DNA of 64,000 nt, taken from Desulfosudaceae bacterium. GTDB taxonomy: Bacteria; Desulfobacterota; Desulfobacteria; Desulfobacterales; Desulfosudaceae. Numbering within the stretch: position 1 is the first letter of the stretch; each line of letters begins with the position of its first letter. The stretch spans positions 1,728,001-1,792,000 of the forward strand of contig CAXXDV010000003.1 in the NCBI GenBank assembly GCA_963674745.2, in the 5' to 3' direction. Below the pieces are notes generated by a model. That model did no database searches. It had not been told where the DNA came from and saw only the letters and a list, made by a program, of their open reading frames with translations. Made by a program: the position numbers and the translations under genes. This document shows positions 21,301 to 30,059 of the stretch, piece by piece.

Positions 21301-22214
21301 CTCAACGGGATCAGGGGTGGGGAACGGTATCCATCGGAGACGAATCGCTTTTTTTCCCATACGGCGACCCGCTGCCGGTGACAGAAACCAGCCGACAGGA
21401 GGGTATCAACGGAAAGGGGCATATCAACGCCTTATGGCGGATTGCCAAAACCCTCTGGGTCGAAGGCGGGTCATTTGTTTACCGTTACGATGATGACGGG
21501 GATACCCGTTTTACCCGTTTGGGGCCGCGGGCAGGTGTTGCCTGGCAGATTGACGACCGTGACTGGCTGCGGTTTGTGGCCCGAAAAGATTACTCAGTGC
21601 CCGGCCTGTCCGGCCTGGCGCCGGCGGCCACGGTGGGCATGCTTCACGGCATGAATTATGTGGAAGAAGGTGGACGCAGCACCATATATCAAGCGCGATG
21701 GGGCAGGGAATGGTTTGCCCACCTGTTTACGGCTCTGAGGCTGAGTTGTCAGGATATTCACGATATAAACATGGCCCCGGCTGTGAATGACATCGATTAC
21801 GGGCGGATTAATTCGCTGGGTTTGGCCGTCAACATCTGGATCAGGGGCGGCATCGGACTTTTTGTTGACAGCGTGTTCCGGGATACGTCCAACCGCAGCC
21901 GGGGTATTGACGGACGGCCGGACCTGCCACTGATACCGAAGAACGAAGTCAAAACCGGTATAGCCTGGGTTCACCCGTCCCGGATGCGGGCCAGCCTGAC
22001 GGTCAACTACGTCAGGAAACGTCCGGGAGACATTGGGGCCGATGACTTCGATGATTATGTGACAGCCGACCTGGCCCTGTCCTGCCAGCCCCTTGACAAA
22101 CACCTGGAACTGGGGGTCTCGGTCACCAACCTGTTTGATGCGGATTACGACCAGGCCACGGATACGCCAGATCCCGGTCGGGAATTCAGTGTCAACGCGA
22201 AAATATTATTCTAA
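18390..22214 (+). CDS. Exported FecR-domain / TPR / C-terminal TonB-dependent-receptor-like beta-barrel protein
   Basis: Signal peptide; FecR motifs GDDLRTG and TPSATAAIRGTDW; several TPRs; barrel end VTNLFDADY...PGREFSVNAKILF with terminal Phe. Confidence 0.85.
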   Translation: MTMNAFQNAFMPGFMPARLFLRLLFLFLFLTAVVLPCLAIVPRQQPSVGLIASASGDAQIRFVEKKNWAQAAVDQDLLTGDDLRTGPLGSMALLFSDRTQIRVHRNSTLTIKAVASEQKSQGSVFRLNKGGAWARAARDNSKVKIETPSATAAIRGTDWSLEVDDSGRTTLIVLDGTVLLENDYGRVAVNRGEIAVAEIGKAPNKLFLVAPDGRELMYYNMSLSRAMGMIELADLKTRERREKIAGLTADPAQERSLDQWLSLAEMAYDSHNLDMTRKCLAEAGVADKAVLKAREELIRGFLAIADLDFKTAQKLLAEAEQHLDHERRLTAMIGRTAALILNREMETARSLLNVMKEEYDSNPRLQTFRIMLTAFSGDLPQALDMAEKFGNQFPDKAIFPSLEGILSILLARDKAAEKAARRVQKIDPENTFAFFILGTCQRDFLLDHETAIQTFQQGIKFNPCDPDLWGELGLTYYEINEMRLAEKALLKAISLAPKDIVLLCNYVYLLQEQHRMDEAAAYIKMLKVLDPSWEFTLELQGDQKLQTGDMKAAREYFLKATTVNPAIPTAALGLAVAYYQDGEWDLAQQALAGAERLDPNDPDISMVGATIALDQSRTDEAIEYARQAVEKYRRVKGVGISGLAANRGGKSSLGGAFMGISLNKWADYYNEISFDPYSADSHFYRALHAGDDDYSSLYLGLMLEPLAVSSRNRYVDFYYRPFVDFSIGGSAFRQKEGAGYTFSSDIQGFDRHLLPFSYYLNVETTNHPGDVENAETKPLSGLAMAGMNLTPYDRLFVSLSGSDTDTGLPGTQDIPDTDDKMQTKSMSGEIGYAHSFSARNIFMSQFSLLRAEVSYYNADPLGTGLSALDYSLINSFSLFGTQLLYAAGLTDVTDPEDPDNPMLVVDVSSLGQASPIPDTLDTQTMSRARLENDYIGISCRHMFTVKDVDFSYGMEAFSRRSKNELQSLSFSQRDQGWGTVSIGDESLFFPYGDPLPVTETSRQEGINGKGHINALWRIAKTLWVEGGSFVYRYDDDGDTRFTRLGPRAGVAWQIDDRDWLRFVARKDYSVPGLSGLAPAATVGMLHGMNYVEEGGRSTIYQARWGREWFAHLFTALRLSCQDIHDINMAPAVNDIDYGRINSLGLAVNIWIRGGIGLFVDSVFRDTSNRSRGIDGRPDLPLIPKNEVKTGIAWVHPSRMRASLTVNYVRKRPGDIGADDFDDYVTADLALSCQPLDKHLELGVSVTNLFDADYDQATDTPDPGREFSVNAKILF

Positions 22215-22240
22215 GCGTCTTCTCCAATTCATTGGGGCAA

Positions 22241-22269
22241 AGGATTCAAGGGATCGAGGGTTCAAGGGG
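22241..22269. repeat. 8-bp-period short tandem repeat (aggattca/agggatcg/agggttca)
   Basis: Direct reading; related arrays at 36446-36469, 43999-44026 and about 57025-57057. Confidence 0.7.
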
Positions 22270-22298
22270 TGTTATTGGAAGATAAACCAATTTTTAAT

Positions 22299-24329
22299 AT
22301 GATGAAAAAAAGCCTCCGCCCCTGGTTTCTTGCTCTGGCTGTTTTTATTGTACTGGTACTGGCTTCATTGTCCCGGGAATACCAGATGGTCGACGACCGG
22401 CTGTTTGACTGGCTTTCTACAACTGCCGCGCCAATTCCCGAAGACTCGCCAATAATCCTGGTCGGTATCGACGAATCCAGTTTCAGGGAACTGGGCCTTC
22501 AGTGGCCCTGGCCCAGAGAAGTTCACGGGGCATTAGTCGATGCCCTGACCCGGGCCGGCGCATCGGTTATCGCCCTGGATATCCTTTTCGCCGAACCGAG
22601 CGACCCGGAAGCCGATCAGGCCCTGGCCGCCGCCGTCAGAAAAGCCCCCCCCGTAGTACTGGCCGCCGAAGAGGCACTTGAAGAAAACCCTTATGTGTCC
22701 CAGCTCATCCGAATTGACCCCCTGGATTCGCTTCTAAACGCCGGGGCGGTACCAGGGGTGGCTGCCGTTACCCTCAGCCACGACAATATCCTGCGCCGCC
22801 TGCCTCTGCGACCGGACGGTTTTGCGCTGGCCACATTGAATCAATGGCAGGCGGTCAATAAAACGGCTAAGATCAATCCCGCTGTAACCCGAATCAAGTC
22901 AACGCGTTATCTTCAGTTTTTCGGGCCGTCCGGAAGTTATCCGACCGTTTCCTATTACCAGGCCCTGGCACCGGAAGAATTTCTTTCACCCGGACGATTC
23001 AAAGACCGGGTGGTTTTTGTCGGACTGGCCATAAAAACGTCTCCGGAAAACAGAAGCGGACAGGCTGATGCCTATGCCACACCTTCAACCCGATCTTCAG
23101 GAACCATGATGGCCGGTGTTGAAGTCCAGGCCACGATCTTTGACAATCTGCGCCTGGGCCTGTTTATCCGGCCCATGCCCTACGATGTTGTGTTAATCTG
23201 TCTGGCCGTATTTATACTAATGTTAATGCCGGTTTTCCGATCCTGGCAGCCGTGGTCGAGCACGATCAGGCTGCTGGCCCTGGCAGCCGCGATTTCCCTG
23301 GGAACCTTTTTTCTATTGCAATACGGCCGGGTCTGGCTGTCCCCTTCCCTTTTCCTTCTGGCTGTTTTCATGATGTTTATCGGCCGGGGCGCCCTTGCTT
23401 TTATCGAGGAGCAGGCCGGACGGCGTTATATCAAGCAGGCCTTCAGCCGATATCTTTCCCCTGCCCTGGTCGATCAGCTGGCATCCGACCGTTCACAACT
23501 GGTTCTCGGAGGTGAAATGCGGTCGATGACCATTCTGTTCTGTGATGTACGCGGATTTACCACCCTGTCGGAACGATACGCTGATGATCCGCGGGGGCTG
23601 GTACAGGTCATGAACCGCCTTTTCACCGCACTGACGGCCGTCATCATGAAGCATGGCGGAACCGTCGATAAATACATCGGCGACTGCATTATGGCCTTCT
23701 GGAATGCCCCTCTGGAAGACCCGGACCACGGCGCCCATGCCTGTTCCGCAGCGTTGGAAATGATTGACGCCGTTAATCGTTTGAACCGAGAATTTAAGGA
23801 TGGAACTGCTTCACCCGGCAGTCCTGCGCCGCAACTCGATATCGGAATCGGTATCAATACCGGCACCTGCGTGGTAGGCAACATCGGCTCGGAGCAGCGC
23901 TTTGACTATTCCGTTTTGGGAGACCCCGTGAACCTTGCTTCACGGCTTGAGGGTCAGTCTAAAAATTACGGCACCCGGATTGTAATCGGCCCGGAAACCG
24001 CGGCCATGGTGCCTGATTTTGCGCTTCTCGAGCTGGACCTGATTGCGGTCAAAGGCAAAACCAGGGCCATGCGCGTATTTGCCCTGCGGGGAGGTCCGGA
24101 AACAAAAAACACAAACACCTTCATCGACTTGCAGACACGTCACAAACAACTGCTGGGATGCTTTCGCGGCCGGGCGTGGAAAGACGCCCGGGCCGCCCTT
24201 GCGGACTGTCGAAACATGGCGCCGGACCTGACACGGCTTCATGAATGCTATGAACAACGAATCGACTACTTTGAAGCCAACCCGCCCGATGACGGGTGGA
24301 CCGGAATTTATAGAGCTGAAACCAAATAA
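22299..24329 (+). CDS. CHASE2-domain class III adenylate/guanylate cyclase
   Basis: CHASE2 motifs GIDE..WPWPR..ALDILF and MAGVEVQA; 3 TM; FCDVRGFT, DKYIGDC, GIGINTG, DYSVLGDPVNLASRLEG (K/D residues suggest ATP specificity). Confidence 0.92.
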   Translation: MMKKSLRPWFLALAVFIVLVLASLSREYQMVDDRLFDWLSTTAAPIPEDSPIILVGIDESSFRELGLQWPWPREVHGALVDALTRAGASVIALDILFAEPSDPEADQALAAAVRKAPPVVLAAEEALEENPYVSQLIRIDPLDSLLNAGAVPGVAAVTLSHDNILRRLPLRPDGFALATLNQWQAVNKTAKINPAVTRIKSTRYLQFFGPSGSYPTVSYYQALAPEEFLSPGRFKDRVVFVGLAIKTSPENRSGQADAYATPSTRSSGTMMAGVEVQATIFDNLRLGLFIRPMPYDVVLICLAVFILMLMPVFRSWQPWSSTIRLLALAAAISLGTFFLLQYGRVWLSPSLFLLAVFMMFIGRGALAFIEEQAGRRYIKQAFSRYLSPALVDQLASDRSQLVLGGEMRSMTILFCDVRGFTTLSERYADDPRGLVQVMNRLFTALTAVIMKHGGTVDKYIGDCIMAFWNAPLEDPDHGAHACSAALEMIDAVNRLNREFKDGTASPGSPAPQLDIGIGINTGTCVVGNIGSEQRFDYSVLGDPVNLASRLEGQSKNYGTRIVIGPETAAMVPDFALLELDLIAVKGKTRAMRVFALRGGPETKNTNTFIDLQTRHKQLLGCFRGRAWKDARAALADCRNMAPDLTRLHECYEQRIDYFEANPPDDGWTGIYRAETK

Positions 24330-24348
24330 AGCCATAAGTGAGGACAAT

Positions 24349-25179
24349 ATGGACATCTTTGCCGACAAAGTTGTAATCGTAACCGGCGGCGGGTCGGGAA
24401 TGGGCCGGGCCGTGAGCGAGATGCTCGGGGTTATGGGCGCAGAATTGATCATCGCCGATATCAATGAAAAAAGCGCCCGGCAGGTCGCCAGGAATATTCT
24501 CAACAAAGGCGGAAGGGCATCCGCAGTTTATCTGGATACCACGATCGATCAGGATGTTAAGAAACTGATAACCGATACCGCCGAAGCTCACGGTCGCCTG
24601 GATTATATGTTCAACAACGCCGGTATCCTTATCGCCGGTGAAGTACGTGACATGAGCGACGAACAGTGGCAACAGATTCTTGATGTAAACTTCAAAGGTG
24701 TCCTTACGGGCACATTGACGGCTTATCAGATCATGGTAAAACAGGGCTTCGGCCACATTATCAACACGGCTTCCACCGCCGGTCTGGTGTCTACCCCGAC
24801 CATTGCCGCCTACTCCACCACCAAGCACGCCGTGGTCGGCCTTTCCACGGCCCTGCGCCCGGAAGCAGCACGCCTGGGCGTAAAGGTCAGTGTCGTCTGC
24901 CCGGGCTTTGTCGACACCTCGATTTTTGATAAAGGCACTGTTGTAAAAGGGAATATGAACGAACTGCTCGCGACCATGCCCATAAAACCCATCAGCCCGG
25001 AAAAAGCGGCAAAATATATCATAAAAGGTGTAACCGCCAACCGCGGTATTATTGTATTTCCTTTTCATGCCCGTTTAATATGGGCCATCTACCGTTTATG
25101 TCCTGCTTTTTTCGGCCGGGGTTCTGGGAAAATGGTGGATGATTTTCAAAAAATCAGGGATAAATATTTGAACGATTAA
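24349..25179 (+). CDS. Short-chain dehydrogenase/reductase
   Basis: TGGGSGMG, NNAG, YSTTK; RBS gagga before ATG 24349. Confidence 0.92.
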   Translation: MDIFADKVVIVTGGGSGMGRAVSEMLGVMGAELIIADINEKSARQVARNILNKGGRASAVYLDTTIDQDVKKLITDTAEAHGRLDYMFNNAGILIAGEVRDMSDEQWQQILDVNFKGVLTGTLTAYQIMVKQGFGHIINTASTAGLVSTPTIAAYSTTKHAVVGLSTALRPEAARLGVKVSVVCPGFVDTSIFDKGTVVKGNMNELLATMPIKPISPEKAAKYIIKGVTANRGIIVFPFHARLIWAIYRLCPAFFGRGSGKMVDDFQKIRDKYLND

Positions 25180-25388
25180 TAAAGCACGGCAACGATTCAA
25201 AAAAGAAAGGTCGTAATAAAAAAACATTTTGATTTTGATTTGTTTTGATATAATCATTTATATAATCCAATTTAACCCGTTTTTTTTCAGCCGGAAATCC
25301 GGTTTCTGAGAATTGTCTTTTGTGCCGCATACAACCGATCAGAACACGTGACGGTTTTTTCTAATATTTTTTTTCGGAGGCACATGAC

Positions 25389-26507
25389 ATGGATACGTTT
25401 TTTGCCCCGGCCGCAAAGGCGGGCACAAAAGAAATTGCCGAAGAAATCGGTCTTGTAAGCAGCAACCCGGTTGTGTCCGGACTGCTCGACACGGTCAGCG
25501 GACTGCTGGCGGTTCTGGATGAACACCGACAGATTGTGGCCTTGAATGACGCCTTTCTGGAGACACTGAAAATCGATGACCCCAAAAGCGTTCTCGGGCT
25601 TCGGCCGGGAGAGGCCGTAAAATGCGTTCATGCCCACGATGAACCGGCCGGATGCGGGACGACAAAATACTGCTCGACCTGCGGTGCCGCCATCGCCATC
25701 GTTTCCAGCCTGAGCCGGAATGAAGCGATGGAAAGAATATGTGCCCTGTCCGCACTGAGTAACGGAAGCCACAGGGACCTGGCCCTTCTTGTCAAATCTC
25801 ACCCCATCAGCATTGACGAAAAACGTTTTCTGCTGTTATTTCTTCAGGACATCACCAGGCAGCAGCATCGAGCGGCCCTGGAAAGGACTTTTTTTCATGA
25901 TGTGAACAACCTGCTGACAATGGTTGTCGGCGGAAGTGAGCTGCTTGCTCAAAGAGACCCTTCGGACCTGACAAAATCACTTCACCGGACGGCCTTAAAA
26001 CTGATGAATGAAGTTGACATTCAGCGATGCCTGTCACAGGACGATACGTTTGAATATCAAGCAGTAAAGCAGGAAGTCACAACGCACCAGGTTCTGACGG
26101 ATATTCAGTCTTTTTTCGCCAACCATCCGGCATCGAACAAACGGACCCTTCATGTTGCGCAGAGCCCGCCCTCGGTATCGATTTCTACTGATATTTCCTT
26201 GTTATCAAGAATTTTATACAACATGGTCATAAACGCTATGGAAGCCACGGAAGCAAGCGGGGACGTCAGGTTCTGGATTGAAGAGGAAAAGGGGTTTGTC
26301 TCTTTTTGCGTCTGGAACGCGCGGGGAATACCACCGGATGTCCGCTTAAGAGTGTTTCAACGCAACTTCAGCACAAAAGAACAGTCCGGCCGCGGTATCG
26401 GCACCTTTTCCATGAAACTGTTCGGCGAAAAAATGCTGGGCGGAAAGATAAGCTTCACCACATCGAATGAAAGCGGAACCACATTTAAATACACCCATCC
26501 GACCTGA
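25389..26507 (+). CDS. Soluble histidine kinase with a Cys-rich PAS-like N-terminal domain
   Basis: H-box FFHDVNNL, N-box NMVINAMEA, FSTK..GRGIG; CVHAHDEPAGCGTTKYCSTC; no TM; RBS ggagg. Confidence 0.82.
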   Translation: MDTFFAPAAKAGTKEIAEEIGLVSSNPVVSGLLDTVSGLLAVLDEHRQIVALNDAFLETLKIDDPKSVLGLRPGEAVKCVHAHDEPAGCGTTKYCSTCGAAIAIVSSLSRNEAMERICALSALSNGSHRDLALLVKSHPISIDEKRFLLLFLQDITRQQHRAALERTFFHDVNNLLTMVVGGSELLAQRDPSDLTKSLHRTALKLMNEVDIQRCLSQDDTFEYQAVKQEVTTHQVLTDIQSFFANHPASNKRTLHVAQSPPSVSISTDISLLSRILYNMVINAMEATEASGDVRFWIEEEKGFVSFCVWNARGIPPDVRLRVFQRNFSTKEQSGRGIGTFSMKLFGEKMLGGKISFTTSNESGTTFKYTHPT

Positions 26508-26515
26508 TGCCTGCC

Positions 26516-28372
26516 TCATATCTCATCCATATGGTTCTCGATCTCGTACAGAAACCGGCTGCGACGGGTGAACTGCCCCTTCCGGAAATCGGTGGAGGTA
26601 AAATACAAAAACCGCTCCGCCCGGGTCATGGCCACATACATCAGGCGCCGCTCCTCCTGAAGATCTTCCGGGCTTTCAACTGATTTCCAGTGGGGAAACA
26701 GGTTTTCCTCGCAGCCGGCCACAAACACCACCTGAAACTCCAGTCCCTTGGCGGAATGGATGGTAGACAGGTTAACACCTCCGCCCTGCTCGCCCTCTTC
26801 TTCTTTATCCTCGCGTATCAGGGCGGCTTCTTCCAGGTATTCCAGAAGTGAGTCCTTCTGAGAGGCGGCAAATTCCAGCTGTTCGATGTTTTCCACCCGG
26901 GTGGTGAAATCCATGGAATTGGTGTCGGCGTACTGTTTGATGTATCCCAGGTAGTCGATACGGTCGATGACGGTTCCAATGGCCTGTCCGGGCGGCATGG
27001 AGCGGATATCATCCAGCAGCGTCAGCACCTCCTTCAGCGCCTTATAAGTTCTCGCAGGCAGCAGGTTTTCGGCTACGGCCTTGCGGGCCGCGTCCTGAAC
27101 ACTCATGCCGCCGGTTCTCAATTTTGTAATATTGGCCAGGGCCTTGGGACCGATACCCCGGCGCGGGGTATTGACAATCCGCTCAAAAGCCGTGTCATCT
27201 TTTTCAAACACCGCGGCCAGCAGGTAGCTGTTGATATCCATGATTTCCTTGCGGTCAAAAAAGCCCCGGTCGCCAAGCAGATGGTAGGGTATGTGGTATT
27301 CCCTTAAACCCCGTTCAAAAAACAGGGAGGTAAATTTGGTGCGATACAGTACCGCCATATTGTCATAGGGCACGCCGGCCTGTCGCAAAACGGTGATTTT
27401 CTCAGCTACCCAGGCAGCCTCCTCTCTTTCATCGCTAAATTCGTGGCACTCCACCACACCGCCGGTTTTATCCGAAAAACAGGTCTTTTCCATTTTACCG
27501 GCATTGTATTCAATCAGATGATTGGCCAGCTTGACGATTTCATCAGCCGACCGAAAATTCTGCTCCAACCGGAATATCCGGGCATTGTCATAACGCCGTT
27601 CAAAGGAAAGAAAATGGTTGATATTGCTGCCGCGAAAGGAATAAATGGCCTGCCAGTCGTCACCCACGCAGAAAAGGTTGTCGCCACGGCTCAACAGGCC
27701 GGTCAACTCTTCCTGGATGTTATTCGTATCCTGGTATTCGTCCACCAGAACATAATCAAACAACTCCCGGTATTTCTGACGCACATCAGGATTTTTCTTC
27801 AATAAATCACGCACCAGCAATAGCAGGTTGTCAAAATCAACCGCGTTTTTTTCTTTTAACGCGTTTTCGTAGAGATAAAACACATCCGTCAGCGGCGCAT
27901 AGGAGACATAGGGTTTGGCATCAAAATAAGCCGACGGGTCTCCGGAATTTTTGGCCCGGGAGATTTCGGCCATAATGGCCGGCGCCAGCTTCTTGTCCAG
28001 GTTCATGTCGCGCAGAATTGATTTATATGTTTCCCGCTGGTGATAGGTATCGTATATCTGGACCGGCGATTCAAACCCGAGTAACCGGCAATGGGCGCTC
28101 AAAATACGGAAACAGGCGCTGTGATAGGTCCGCACCCAGGGAAACTTGAATTCAGGGATACCGGTCATGGTCAACAACCGGTTTTTCATCTCATCGGCGG
28201 CCTTGTTGGTAAAGGTAATGGCCAGAATCCGCTCCGGTGAAAGCCCGCTCGAAATCAGGTGCGCGATCTTGGCGGTCAGGGTCCGGGTTTTGCCGGATCC
28301 GGCCCCGGCCGTCACCAGTGCCGGTGACCCCATATGGGAAACCGCTTGCTGCTGTTGTCTGGTCAGTTTCAT
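26516..28372 (-). CDS. ATP-dependent SF1A DNA helicase, UvrD/PcrA family
   Basis: AGAGSGKT, TFTNKAA, VDEYQDTN, GDDWQAIYSFRG, LEQNFRS, TIHSAKGLEF, EERRLMYVAMTRA. Confidence 0.95.
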   Translation of the reverse strand: MKLTRQQQQAVSHMGSPALVTAGAGSGKTRTLTAKIAHLISSGLSPERILAITFTNKAADEMKNRLLTMTGIPEFKFPWVRTYHSACFRILSAHCRLLGFESPVQIYDTYHQRETYKSILRDMNLDKKLAPAIMAEISRAKNSGDPSAYFDAKPYVSYAPLTDVFYLYENALKEKNAVDFDNLLLLVRDLLKKNPDVRQKYRELFDYVLVDEYQDTNNIQEELTGLLSRGDNLFCVGDDWQAIYSFRGSNINHFLSFERRYDNARIFRLEQNFRSADEIVKLANHLIEYNAGKMEKTCFSDKTGGVVECHEFSDEREEAAWVAEKITVLRQAGVPYDNMAVLYRTKFTSLFFERGLREYHIPYHLLGDRGFFDRKEIMDINSYLLAAVFEKDDTAFERIVNTPRRGIGPKALANITKLRTGGMSVQDAARKAVAENLLPARTYKALKEVLTLLDDIRSMPPGQAIGTVIDRIDYLGYIKQYADTNSMDFTTRVENIEQLEFAASQKDSLLEYLEEAALIREDKEEEGEQGGGVNLSTIHSAKGLEFQVVFVAGCEENLFPHWKSVESPEDLQEERRLMYVAMTRAERFLYFTSTDFRKGQFTRRSRFLYEIENHMDEI

Positions 28373-28447
28373 GTCCGTCCTTATTTATCGACACCATGTG
28401 TTTGGCCCGTCCTACCCTGTCGGGCCGAATGTGTCAAGGCGAATGTC

Positions 28448-28610
28448 GTAGGGCGGGTTTCTGTGCCTGCCTGACAAAAGGGCAACCACAGGGGGGGCCC
28501 CTACATTGCCCCGGGCTGCTCGTGAATTTTTCCCCGAACTGTTTGTGAATGTTGTAGGGGCAGGCCCGCGTGCCTGCCCCACTAAAGGATACCCACAGAG
28601 GATGCCCCTC
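28448..28610. repeat. GTAG-family REP-like palindrome pairs (two units, second degenerate)
   Basis: gtaggg(g)cagg..gtgcctgcc followed by gggcaaccacagggggggcccctac; same family as 51626-51777 and 43746-43773. Confidence 0.8.
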
Positions 28611-28639
28611 ATATGCGGCCCGGGCCCGGCAGACCGGGT

Positions 28640-29821
28640 TTACTCGTGGGCGGGCAGTTCGATATCCGGGTATTTTAAAAACAGGCCGGAGAACCCGGCT
28701 GATTTAGCTTTCAAGGCCTGCTGCGGGCAGCACTCGACGCAGCACAGGCAGCTGACGCATTTTTCCGGGTGAAAGACCGGGGTTTCCTTTTTCTGCCAGG
28801 ATATGGCCCGGTTGGGGCAGATACTGAAACAGTCCCCGCACATGACGCACAGATCCTTGTCGGCAAAGTCCGGCATCCGGCGCATGAATTTATAGGTAAA
28901 GGTCCGGGTCAGAAAATTGTTCAGCAGACCGGCGGTGGTGGTGGACACGATCCCGGCTTTTCGCTTCAACATCACCTCGTCAATGGACTTGCCGACGATG
29001 TCGATGTCCTCAAGGCGGGTCACCCCCAGCCCCCGTTCATGGCAGGCGGTCAGATGCGGAACCGACTTGACGCCGTCAATACGACCGATGGCCAGCATGG
29101 CCATATCAATGGCGGCTTCGTCGTATCCGGCCAGAATCAGCCCGGTTTTGCGCATAAACCCGTTGGCCGGGCCGCCCGGTCCTTCCATGAATTTGCGGGC
29201 GTCCATGACAATGATCCGCTTTTTATTCAAACCGAGCAAGGCCTGATAGTTGTCCGCCAGAACAGCCCCGAACTCGGCCGGGTTTTTCCCGTACAAATGA
29301 CAGCGGGCTTTTTCCCCGCCGGGAATAATGCCCCAGTAGTTCTTGATCGCGCCGGTATAACCGGCCTCGACATGAGACTTTGGCCGGCATAGATTGATGA
29401 TGCAGTCCGCATCCATCACCGGTTTGGCGATATGGGATTTTTTCATCAGCCGGGCGTTGTTGTTCTCATTTAAAACACCGCCGCTTTCAAACTCGGCATA
29501 GGCCACCCCCTCGGCTTCAATCACGGTATCAAGGCCTACCGCCTTCATGACGCTTTTGGCCCGGTGCCGGAACTGGCCCGGAGAGTCCCCCAACTGGAGG
29601 TTAGTATTGTATTGTTTGATATAACGCACTACGCCGGTCAGAAAGTCAGGTTCGGTGCAGGCGTTCTTTATCTTCATTAACAGGTTGGGCTTGATCAGGA
29701 TCTGATCTCCGGCTGCGATGAGCTCGTTGGCCTTGATCAGTTTCAATGCGGCGGCAACCGCTTCGTCGATCCCGGGGTACTCATCGGCCCGCACAATGGC
29801 TACTGTTGTTTTTAATCCCAT
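28640..29821 (-). CDS. DUF362 domain protein with a C-terminal 2[4Fe-4S] ferredoxin domain
   Basis: ILIKPNL, GDSPG, KSH..YTGAIKN, MEGPGGPANG, two CxxCxxCxxxCP; RBS ggag before ATG 29821. Confidence 0.88.
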   Translation of the reverse strand: MGLKTTVAIVRADEYPGIDEAVAAALKLIKANELIAAGDQILIKPNLLMKIKNACTEPDFLTGVVRYIKQYNTNLQLGDSPGQFRHRAKSVMKAVGLDTVIEAEGVAYAEFESGGVLNENNNARLMKKSHIAKPVMDADCIINLCRPKSHVEAGYTGAIKNYWGIIPGGEKARCHLYGKNPAEFGAVLADNYQALLGLNKKRIIVMDARKFMEGPGGPANGFMRKTGLILAGYDEAAIDMAMLAIGRIDGVKSVPHLTACHERGLGVTRLEDIDIVGKSIDEVMLKRKAGIVSTTTAGLLNNFLTRTFTYKFMRRMPDFADKDLCVMCGDCFSICPNRAISWQKKETPVFHPEKCVSCLCCVECCPQQALKAKSAGFSGLFLKYPDIELPAHE

Positions 29822-30059
29822 ACCATATCTCCAGATTTCTCCGTTGCCAGATAAGAATGAAGCGCCAATGGTTTCATAAAGCCACCCATATCGTTGGAAA
29901 GATACCATTATCAGATACCACTGTTCAATCTTTATTGTATCCTTCTGCTGCTTTCCGATGTTTTTCTTTGTTCTGATCTTAACAGAAAAAGTAACATGTC
30001 AAAACGATTGGATCATATTGACAAACCCCATTTAATGAACGTAATATCCTTATTATTAT

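Noticed and set aside
26516..28372. UvrD-like helicase as part of a defence system (e.g. Gabija B)
   Set aside because: Canonical PcrA/UvrD-like sequence with no neighbouring nuclease or ATPase
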